Assembly (NCBI GenBank): GCA_029953675.1
Contig: JAMWBK010000002.1
Coordinates: 2,728,001-2,792,000 of the forward strand
Direction: 5' to 3'
DNA from: Rhodosorus marinus CCMP1338
Lineage: Eukaryota; Plantae; Rhodophyta
DNA length: 64,000 bases
The notes under the pieces are model-generated. The model made no database searches. It saw only the letters and a list, made by a program, of their open reading frames with translations, and had not been told where the DNA came from. Position numbers and translations under genes: made by a program. Of the stretch, positions 37,181 to 48,100 are shown in pieces. Each line of letters begins with the position of its first letter. Position 1 is the stretch's first letter.

Positions 37181-38122
37181 GGCTCGGAACGATTCACGGT
37201 TTGTTTTAGACCCTATCTCCGATCTATCACAACTGACAGATCGGAGAAGGTGGTGAATCGCGATAGTTTTTCAGCGACGACAAAACCTTTTTGAAAAAGC
37301 TGCCGCAAGGCTTTTCCCCACGGAAGTGAGATCTAGAATACTCAGCCACACTACCATCCGCCCTTCTCTACCCACCAGCAACGATCCCAGCTGACGCGTT
37401 TAAAACAGGGGGGAGAAACCCAAACTGAAGCAGAGTTTCCAGTATCTGCATCCGACATAGCTCCTTCCGCATTTCACAGGATGAATCTGATATTGTATTT
37501 AGCTCTGGAAATAGGTGACTCACTCAGATCGAAACGCGTTCGGGCCCTTACCTAATCTAAAATCCCACTGCCTCCAAGTGTCTCCGTCCGGTTTCAATTC
37601 CGAAACACTCGTAAAAGAAGTCATCTCAGAAAAGCCTCGACGTCTCTAAACTAGCTACCTGCAAGCGCTCATAGATGATTCCTCTAAATCACCTGTGGTC
37701 CTTATATGCAACAGCTGATTACTTCATTTCGCCCACTCAGCAAGTAGCCTCATCTATCAAACCGACGGCGTAACACTCAAAACGTTTCTTAACACTGTCA
37801 GAACACGATTCCTACTCTTTGCTATGACCACTACTCTACAGGTTCATGACCTTAGCAGCTACTTTCTGTTGAAAGTGGTATGCGGGACCCAAAATTCCGT
37901 TTCGGAACTATTCTTTACATCATACAAAAGACCATCCTCTTCTGTCCCGTCTTCTTCGCAGTTGGTCCTAAATGGTTGAGTGACAACAGCTGATGCCGTT
38001 AGAAAGGCTGGGGAAGGGTGAGCTGGGGCTATAGAGCAGATTGCAGTTGTTTTCAGACAGATTTGAGGGGTTGGATCAAGACCCTCGTTTAATTTTTTGT
38101 TTTTTTTTGGATTCATTTAATT

Positions 38123-39518
38123 ATGAGTACTCCTCAATGGTACCCGTTGGTGGAAACGCCCGCGTACGTGATGTTGGCGACTCTGATATTGCTGCCAACG
38201 GTGGTTACGGTGCCTATTTATGTTCAGATGATCGGCGTTTCGACGCTGGTTATCTTTCTTGGTAAGAAGGAACCCTTGTGCTTTTAGAGTGAACTCAAAA
38301 AAAAATTCTTTTTCGAGATTAACCGAGCTTTTCCTTTGCTCGTCTTCGTAATGGTGACCTTAGGTTCCGCACGAGCTGTGGACAAGTTCATTTCTCAAAA
38401 AGCAGGAGATAAGAGTGTGGAGCCGCGAGAGGTCATAAAGAGAGCTTCCGTGTTTCGTTTCCCAATCGTCGCTTCCTGCACGTTAGTAGGTTTATTTCTG
38501 GCGTTCAAGTACCTTCCCAAGAAGATCGTATCGTTTTGCCTTACGTTCGGCAGCCTGTCGCTGGCAACATTCAACGCGGCTTTTATGTGCTCTGCGCTCA
38601 TAACCGAGTCGAAGACAACTCCGAAGAAGTTCACGGATCCTGTACCGAAGCTGAAGAACTGGGCGGAAATCTCGCTTGTGGATATCCTCTGCGTGCTTGG
38701 AATTATCCCGTTCGCCGCCTGGTACTGGTACAAGAAGCATTGGCTCCCGAACAACGTGCTCAGCACTTCCCTTGCTCTTACTTCCGTCGAGGCCATGGCT
38801 TTGGTCGACTTTCAGAGCGCAGCCATCCTCCTCTGCGGACTCTTCTTCTACGACATATTCTGGGTCTTCGGTTCCACAAAGGTGTTTGGAGATAACGTTA
38901 TGGTTTCGGTTGCGAAGCAGTTCGACGGGCCCATAAAGCTCGTGTTCCCACGATTTCTAAGAGCTGGGCCATCCGATCAATCTATGTTGGGATTGGGTGA
39001 TATCGTGATTCCAGGGTTCTTCATCGCGCTCATACTTAGGTACGACGCGGAGAGGTTTACAAAAGGACTCAAGTATAGCGAGAAGCCAATATTCTTCTAT
39101 ACGGTCCTCGTCTTTTACTTCCTTGGCCTCGCTAGCACGTACCTAGCACTTTTACTGTTTCACGCTGCGCAGGTGAGAGCAGATTCCGAAACGTGTTCGT
39201 GATGCTTTCCTTGAGCAAGCAATATATGTCCTGAAGATCTTTGTTTTTTAACTTCTTCCTCCTGGTACGGCTTCGCGCTTTGATTTCATCTGAAAACTCG
39301 AACAGCCGGCTCTGTTGTACTTGGTCCCCGCGTGTCTTCTATCTGTTTTAGTGCTTGCCGCCGTCCTCGGGGAGCTGAAAGACTTACTCATGTACGCTGA
39401 GAGCGAGGAGGAAGAAGTTTCCGAAAAGAAGAAGCAGGAAGGTTCTGAGGAGAAGAAGGAAGACAATGAAGGGAACAACTCGGCGGAGGATGCTAATGAA
39501 TCGAAGAAGACGAAGTAG
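38123..39518 (+). CDS. SPP: Signal peptide peptidase (GxGD aspartyl intramembrane protease A22B), 3 exons
   Basis: FFYDIFWVFG, LGLGDIVIPG and (Q)PALLYLVP across an intron. C-terminal KKTK ER-retrieval motif. Confidence 0.96.
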
Positions 39519-40169
39519 ACCGGGAGGCCCTCGAAAAGGTTTACATAAAATCTAGAAAAACTTCCTTTTTGGTTTTTGTCGTACATGGCCTTTGCTTTGG
39601 GAGCACGGTAACGCGGTAACCTGGAGACGAAGTCTTGCTTCCCTCAGGTCTTCGCCATAGTCTCCTCCGTACAATTCTGCTTAAGCAGAGCAACCCCGTG
39701 AGAGCTTGCATGTAGTGGATGTTTGTGCGTAGAACTGGAGAGGAAAGAGATTCCCGATAGAAAGGAAAGTGATGCTGCCTTAATTCATATAGTATTTGAA
39801 TGATCCGGCTTCTGGGAAAGAAAGGGTTTTGGTCGTACGCTGGAGCGTTTTCGCTTGGCTTTGCTGCTTGTGGGACAAGAGAATATACCCAAAGTCTGCA
39901 TTCGGGAGGAGAAGGCAATCGCAGGGTTAGTAGGTACTCTCGTTGAGGTCAGGTTGCCCAGGAGATCCGGCTTGGGATGCCCTTGATCCACCGGCTTGTG
40001 AGTAGAAATCTGTAGGCTGTGGGATGTTGAAAGTGTTCAATGACGTAGATTTACCTGCATAAAATCAACAGGCACCTCCATCCAAGCTTCCCGTGCTAGG
40101 CGCTGACCTGTGTTGGAATGTAGCAAAACAAGAGTTCAGTAACGTGCTGCCACAGGATGGGGGTACGTG

Positions 40170-40813
40170 GATACTGTGGAGACCTTCTCTAACAGCCCTC
40201 GGAATTTTGCATTCTTTTCCTCAGGTCCAGCCTCCAAAACTGACTCTTCGACATTGACAAACCGTTTCGCTCAATAAGACAGCATAAGGGTTAATCATCC
40301 ATTACAACAATGCTGTTCGCAGGGGATAGGCTAACCGGTATCTGAACTGCAGACACTGTCCCTGATGGTCATCGGAAACTGTAATTGTTTCCTCAGGTTC
40401 AGCCCTCAAAAACAGAATCTCCGACATCAACCAGCCTTCTTCAATTAGTATTGGAGTGATCGGCAGGTGATCAGAGAATATCCGTTACCAATTTTTATCC
40501 GAAAATGCTTTTCGGGTGGGCGATATAGATAAGTTTAGACAGTTGAGACCGTTCCTCAACGTCGTTGTGAAGGTGGCATTTATTCCTCAGGTCTAGCAGC
40601 CTTCCAAACATTGACGAGCCTTTTTCCCTCAATGAGAAACGGAATGGTGGGCACATGAAGGGCCAAAAGATCCTTTACTGACCTTTTGGATATCAAGTAT
40701 GCTTTACGGGAAGATACCTTATGGGGCGGGTGTCGGAGCTGTGTGGACGTTGGAGTTGGGTAGTTTAGGAGTGTGAGCATCCTTCCCAAGGACTGCGTTT
40801 GTGTTGGTGACAA
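40170..40813 (-). pseudogene. Decayed tandem-repeat coding relic, three units spaced 172 and 194 bp
   Basis: CCTCAGGT cores at 40219, 40391 and 40585. On the minus strand the units read LIEGKRLVNVWKAARPEE*, V-D-V-G-D-S-V-F-E(fs)AEPEE and LIE(fs)KRFVNVEESVLEAGPEE, with frameshifts and stops. Confidence 0.5.
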
Positions 40814-41154
40814 CTCTTTTTTTCTTTTTTAAGTGAAGCGGGGTTTGGAACATCTGCTTGAATCCGACTTTTTATTCTAAGCGAAATGCTGTGTGTCAAG
40901 CGGTTTGATGGAGTTGTCCGTTAAGAAGTGAGTTGACGTACTCACTAGAGCTAGTTGTTCCTTCTGTTGTACGTGTTCTGGTGAGTTTTGAGTGAGGGTT
41001 AAGAGCATCTGATAGTCTGAGTGCCATGTGGTAGTAAGGGACTTGAGTTTTGTCGCGTTGTGTTCCCCAAGCTTTTTGGGGCGGGGAGGGGAGGAGGCGG
41101 TGGACGATTGTGGAGTCTTGAGCTTGCGAAAGAGAGCCTCTGAAGCGCGCAAAA

Positions 41155-42120
41155 ATGGGAAAGAAGAAGTCGAGTGCTTTGGACTATGGGGATTTGTTTG
41201 GCGAAAATGGGTTCAACGTAGAGGTAAGGAAGTATATCCAACCAATATTAGTGTCGTGGCTATCTTTGCTTTGCGAGTCTCGTCATCCGGGGAGATTTAT
41301 CTGTCGTTTGCTGTTTCGTAGGCATTGGAGAGAGCAAAAGCAAAGGAAGCGGCGGCTCAGAAGAAGCGAGCCGAGCTCCGGAGAGAGGAACTCAGGAAGA
41401 AACAGCTTCAAAGAAAGCAAGGATCCGCTCCTCGTCCGAGCAGGCCATTTGTATCTGAAGGCAGGAGCGGGCTTTCTCTGAAAGCCGAGCAGGCTCAGCT
41501 TAAAGCTCAGGAGGCGAGAAGAAAGCTTGAGGAGAAGAAGAGGCACAAGGAGGAGAAAATGCAGTTGGCGAACATGAAACCCAAAGACGTTCGAGCTTCT
41601 TCCAAACACAAATCCTCCTGGGAGAAAATCCAGGGCACAATTGACCCTAAAAGCCGCCCACGAAAAGATGACACGAGGGCGAGGAAGGTATTGCTGCCCC
41701 GCGTCTATGTCGCTCTGTATCACGTACTAAGACAAGGTGCTCATGAATATCTGAATGCTCCTTTAGAAAGCCCCTATGGAAAAGAGGCCGCGAAAAGAAA
41801 TGGTTCATATCCGCAATCAGAAACAGAGTAAAAGAGAGCAGAAACGCGGGAGGGAGGTCTACTCCGACGAAGAAGTGTCCGAAGGGGTCGACGAGGATAT
41901 CTACGACGAAGACGAATACGATTCTGAGGATGACGGCTTCATCGTTGATGACCTTGATGATGGAGGGTATTCGCGACGACCGCAAGGGTTGAAGAAGAAA
42001 CAACGGGCTTACGCCAATAACGATGACGAAGAGGATCCAAACGATTGGAGAGCAGAAATGGCCAAAGTAGTTGGGAGGAGGAGGAGGAGGTTTAGTGACG
42101 ACGACGATCTTGATGATGAT

Positions 42121-42154
<34 letters not shown>

Positions 42155-42285
42155 GCGGATTCGAATCAGTCATGCGAGAAGAGGAACGAAGCGCGAAACT
42201 CGCGAAGTTAGAAGACAGACGCGAGCTCGCGGCTGAAAACGAACGAAAGAGGCGCAAGGCTCTGAGGATGAAGAATCGGAGGTGA
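41155..42285 (+). CDS. SPT2: Histone chaperone/chromatin protein SPT2, 3 exons
   Basis: Basic coiled-coil N-terminal region, then DDGFIVDD...WRAEMAKVVG...DDDD...FESVMREEERSAKLAKLEDRRE, the SPT2 C-terminal signature. Confidence 0.85.
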
Positions 42286-43296
42286 CGAAAATTTCGAAGC
42301 ATCAAGTGCTTGCTTACCTCTGAATGAATTATACGCTTGGTTATGGGAGCCTCTTGCCGTCGAGACGTGACGCGTAATGTTGGATCTGTAGTTTCGCGTT
42401 TGAAGCGCCACTAGCGAACCATCAGAACCAGAGTTGAAACTGCTCAGAGTACTCCATCACAGTGAAACCTTGTTCGCCGAAGGCTATGAATAAGAACCCT
42501 TCTTTTCGGGGTTAGCTGGTCCGGGCTGCAAGGAAGATAAAACCCTGCGTACAAGCTCAGCACGAAACTTGGCCTATGAGATCTGCGCAATGGGGACAAG
42601 GAATCGAATGCTCAGGATCAAATACCTCGAATGCAGATCGTACGTGCCTCGCAGGTCCGCAGAGGGACCGCAAGGCAGATCAGGAACTGCAGGGCTGCCC
42701 AAAAGAGCAAGAAACTTTTTGACCACAGAGCGCATAATTGGAGCCCATTGTCCGCAATGTATAGGGTATGCCGAAGTGGGCAGTCGACGCGTAGAAGTGG
42801 CGTGGAGAAGTGCACGGGCCCCACCATTTAATACTAAACAATGAGCGACCTGCAGAGTTTGTTCGACAAATGAAAGAAAATAAAAGCTCATCGGATATCC
42901 TATAAGGAGCTACCAATTTTCTGGGAAAAGCACCCAGAAATCTCCTGAGGCGGATTGCATGACGGCCTGTTTTGGTATTTAGCAGTGATGGACGCTGTCC
43001 TTGAATAGAGTAGGCCGCACAATTCCATTTCTCACGTGTTCGTGCAAGTGCTACTCACAACCGTGCGGCGGGCACCTATTGGATTCATTTCATTTGCACT
43101 GGGATCTGAACCGCTTGTGAACTCCATGCACGACTACCTCATCTTCAGCGGTGAGCTGGCAGTGGACTACCCTGTTTCTTCGATTCGTTAACCACGAGGC
43201 AACTATTTCAGATACATGGCCCAGAACGGAATGTCCACTACCTGGAGTCGCCAATGCCCCAAACCAAAAGATATACATTTGCAGACTCTCAGATAC

Positions 43297-43380
43297 CCAC
43301 AACCAGAGTCCACCACCAGAGTCCACAACCAGTGTCCACAACCGGTGGTGGGTATCGGATGCATCGGATACCCACCACCG
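43297..43380. repeat. Four 13-bp tandem units running into a 38-bp near-perfect palindrome
   Basis: CCAC(A/C)ACC(A/G)G(A/T)G(T/G) x4 at 43297-43348. Arms CGGTGGTGGGTATC (43343-43356) and GATACCCACCACCG (43367-43380) flank G-GATGCATC-G. Confidence 0.9.
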
Positions 43381-45109
43381 AGGAGATATCATCCGAATCA
43401 TGTTCCTTACTCCAAGAGATCCTCAACGAAGAGAAAGCTCTTGCAGTTCTTGTACTAGAGTCCATGAAGGATAGTTTCGACTCGGAGTTTTCCGCACATC
43501 CTAAGCAACTCAGCAAATGTCCCACTCAAATCTTGGCAAACGTAGGAAGGGGTAAGTTTAACATGCCATCAATAGTTTTTGATTTTCCTAGTCCCCTAAA
43601 GCGAATTCAGGAAGAGGTCAAAACACTTCTTAAAATTGCATTTATTCATATGAAATGCGTTTTCCCTTCCTAGCAATACAGGTACGGATACTACAACAAA
43701 AAGAACGTGAGATTCTATCCACCAGTGGGAGGGAAAGGGTAGGAACTACCGAAATAGTTGTCCCATTTGCTTACCCCTTGTTTTTCGGGTCGACGCGTGG
43801 ACAAATGTTCAATCTACCCCGGTATCCTGTTTCTACAACCATTCATCATTATTTCTCAGATTAAGGTCTATGTGAGAAAAACTTCAAGGTCGAATTCATT
43901 AGGACCACTTTTTTTAATGTAGATATCTATATTCTAGATCAAAATTGCATATATCTGGAGCACTGCCCCCGGGATGAATTCGGCATTCAACCTCGAAAGT
44001 TGGACCTCAAAAGGGGGGGGGGGTATAAACTATAATTAAAAAGCTTCTAGGAAAAACTGCCATAGTTTTTTTTCGAAATATTTCGCTCCAGTCCAAGTTT
44101 TTGAAGAATAAACGCCGTTCTTAAAATTCCGAGACTCTTTAGGGGGAGTAGGCCGTACTTCGACCTACCCCAAAAACCTTATAAAAGAGCTTTTTTTGGT
44201 CGATATGGATATGTAAGAGAGCTAATTTAGGGGGTGAGAGGAGGAATAGATTGTTGCAAAAAAGGCTTCGTTTTCGCCTTTGCGTATACTTTTTTCGGAA
44301 AAAAGGAAGGCTGCCTTTTTGGGGGGGTTTTGAAGGGAAAAGTTTGGTCTTGGGTTTGTCAGGCTTCTCTTGATAAGGAAGGGGGGGGGGAAGCTTGGGG
44401 TGAGGGAGAGAAGAGTTGGAAGAGATTAGAAGGGATAAGGATAGTTGGCTTGATAGTTTTTGGGTTTTTGGAGGCTAGCACTAGATTCTAATCCAGCCGT
44501 TTGTTGAGGTTTTTGTGGATCGCTTCGGGAGTGACCCGGATCCGAAGCGTCCATGTGCGTATGTATTCGCTCGTTTAGTCGGAAATGAGTCGGGAAGCGC
44601 GGTGTTAACACTTTTGCCTTGTTGTTTTCGGGAGGGGGCGGCGAACCGTGAGGAAGCGGTTTGACTTCCGTTGACGGAAACTTGCTTTAGGGTAAACGCC
44701 AAAACGAACTGTTCACGTCGAGGTTTGACTATCAGGGAGTGCTTGTCTGTCCTTGAGTGGTTTGCTTTGATTGTCTTGGTTTTGGGTATTCGGGACTTGT
44801 CGCGTCTCGAAGGCTTCTCCTCGTTTATAGTGGGAGTTACAAACTTGGGGGTTTGCGTACAAAGGTCATTAGTTGTTATGTTCTCCAATAATTTGCTTTG
44901 ATCTCGTGAAATCCAAGCGCCTTTTTTCGTTATCATCTTGATGGTTTCAGGAGGGCTTGCTCATCGGAATTACGATTATTATTCATGGCTCTTCCAACAG
45001 GCTAGTCTTGACTACCTGCGCACAGTAAGCATTCTGCAGTGGCCCTCGAGGCGCTTCAAAACCGGAAAGAAAATAAGCAAAAAGTAGACTGCCAAAGTCA
45101 CCAACCAGC

Positions 45110-48100
45110 ATGGTCATCCTTGACAAAGAATTCGATTACTCCTCCGCAGAAGTGCGGAAGGTCAAACGGGTTCAATTCGGAATCCTTGGACCCGATGAAC
45201 TGGTAGGATTAAGTCGATCGAAGAGCAAAAAGCCGTCGGTTCTTTGTCTAAGTCCCTTCTGTTTTATAGAAGCGGAGATCTGTGGCAGAAATCAAGAGCG
45301 AGATATCCTTCGAAAGAGGGAAACCCAGACGAGAAGGACCGATGGACCAGCGTCTCGGGGCGATTGGGAGGGACTTCCCTTGCCTGACTTGCTACTGCAA
45401 CGAAAAGAATTGCCCCGGACACTTCGGCCATATCGAACTCGTTAAGCCAATGTACAATATAGGATTCATGTCGGTTACCCTTAGCGTTTTGCGCAGCGTC
45501 TGCTTCTTCTGCTCTAGGCTTCTGATTCCGCCGGATAGTGATCACTTGAAAACGGTAAGAGGCCAAAAGTTGAAAAGGAACGGCTGCTTGTTGAAGGGTC
45601 TGCTAGGACCTACACGATGAGCGGGGTTCCACCGGCAGGTCCGTTTACAGGAATTTGCACTGACCACAGTCAGCGCGTTTTTGCATTATCTTCTGGCTCT
45701 AGATTCGGAAATTGAAGAATCGAGCGTCGCGACTGAAACTCGTAGCCAAGCTGATTGGCAGCAAAAAGGAATGCCATGAGTGCGGTCATAAGCAGCCCAC
45801 CTACAGGAAGGAGGGGTTGAAATTTGTGGCGGACTTTCCCAAGTCGGAGGACGAGAACATTCAGAAGAAGCAAGAAATCTACGCTGAAAGGGTGCGGACA
45901 CGCACACAAGACCGTGCGCCGTTACCGTGAGAACTGTGCATGACTTACCCAATGCTCTTCCGTCTGTGCTGTCTCCAGGTGCACGGTGTATTCCGGAACA
46001 TATCCGACACCGATGCAGATATTTTGGGGCTTCATCCACAGATGAGTCGGCCGGAGTGGTTGTTGTTTACTTTGCTGCCCGTCCCTCCCCCCCACGTCCG
46101 TCCGTCGATTATGCTTGATGCTACTAAGCGCGGAGAAGATGACCTTACGCACGCTCTTGCTGATATTGTGAAATGCAACAATCTATTGCGTACCTACGAG
46201 TGGGTTTCTCCCTGTATACCTGGTGCAAAGTGGTCATAGTGCCAAGGACTGCGTTTTGTCTTAAGTATAGTCTGCTTTTCGTTATCCACAGGGAGCAAGG
46301 AATGGCCCAACAGGACATCAGAAAGCAAGTTGAGCTTCTTCAGTTCAAGGTTGCTTCCTACTTGAATAACGAACTTCCGGGTCTCCCTCGAGCTACTCAG
46401 GGGGGGAAGACTGGTGGTAAAAGGCCATTAAAGAGCATCTCGCAGAGATTGAAAGGGAAGGAAGGAAGGGTCCGTGGAAACCTGATGGGAAAGCGTGTTG
46501 ACTTCTCTGCAAGAACGGTTATTACCCCCGATCCCAACCTTTGGCTCGACGAGGTTGGGGTTCCGCGCAGCATCGCAATGAACCTCACCTACCCGGAAGT
46601 GGTGACCCCTTTCAACATTGAGAGAATGCGGGAGCTTGTGTTCAATGGACCAGACACGTATCCAGGTGCAAAGTTTATTGAGCGTGACGACGGTTTCAAA
46701 ATGAGTCTGGGATACATTGCAAATCGAGGAGACGTTCCCCTGGAAGTGGGCTATAAGGTAGACCATCTGCCGTCGGATTACTGTCCATCCTGTGGGCCTG
46801 GTACTGATTGCGCGTAAACTTGCCATGCTTTGTTTTGAGCAGGTTATCCGACATCTCTGCGATGGTGACGTGGTTCTCTTCAATCGGCAACCCAGCCTGC
46901 ACAAGATGTCTATCATGGGACATCGAGTTCGGGTGATGCCCTACAGTACCTTTCGGTTGAACTTGTCTGTAACATCACCGTACAATGCTGACTTTGACGG
47001 AGACGAAATGAATATGCACGTCGCCGAAACTCATCAGACACGTGCAGAAGTGCATGAAATTATGAAGGTCCCCAGGTAAGACGGTTTAGAATCTGCATCA
47101 AGCATCCATTTCTCACAGATTCTGGTTCGGACAGTAGTCCGCTTGCAATGTCAGTGGTCCTTACATACGTTCGTGTTTCTGTTGTAGATGTATCGTATCG
47201 CCTCAGGGCAATTCACCCGTTATGGGTATTGTACAGGATACTCTTGTCGGGGGGATGCTGTTCACCCAGAGAGATTGTTTCTTGACTCGCGATGTCGTTA
47301 TGAATCTCCTTCTCCACGTCGGTGGATGGAACTCTGAAATTCCAATGCCCGCAATCCTGAAACCTGAGCCACTCTGGACTGGGAAACAGTTGTTCTCTTT
47401 GATTATGCCACCTGTTAATATTGTACGGTTCTCTAACGGACACGAAGACGATGGATCCGAAATTTCGTATGGAGACACAAAGGTATTTATGCTGGAGCGC
47501 CGCGGTTGCAAAAATTGCAAAATCCATGAGGATTAGCCCTCAACGAGCAGTTCTATGTTTCTGTTCGTTCGGTAGGTGCTCGTCCAAAATGGGAAAATTC
47601 TCAGTGGAATCATCGACAAGCGTACCGTTGGTAAAAGCGCTGGAGGCTTGATTCATGTGACTTGGAAGCAGTGTGGGCCCCAAACTACAGCGGATCTAAT
47701 CTCCAATATTCAGATCCTCGTTAATCACTGGCTTCTACAGAGGGGGTTCTCAATTGGAATTGGAGACACAATTGCAGACGAGGATACAACGGCCCACGTG
47801 ACAAAAACGATTCAGAATGCGAAAGATGAGGTGAAAGAACTCATTAGCAAAGCTCAGAATCGTGATCTTGTACCATTGCCTGGAAAGACGATGATGGAGA
47901 GTTTTGAGACGGAAGTGAACAAGGTGCTTAATGGGGCTCGTGACAAGTCCGGGTCTTCCGCCGAGAAGTCGCTTTCGAAGACAAACAATGTGAAGAGAAT
48001 GGTGACTGCTGGGTCCAAAGGATCCTATATTAATATTTCGCAAATTTGCGCTTGTGTTGGACAGCAAAACGTTGTTGGGAAGCGGATCTCTTATGGTTTC

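Noticed and set aside
36560-40813. Repeat arrays as CRISPR
   Set aside because: Eukaryotic context. The units are long and degenerate, with no constant repeat-spacer structure or cas genes.
42121-42150. (GAGGAC)5 microsatellite
   Set aside because: It simply encodes the acidic ED tract of SPT2.
44140-44150. GGGGAGTA resembling a Stowaway/mariner terminus
   Set aside because: Inexact match, and I found no partner inverted end.
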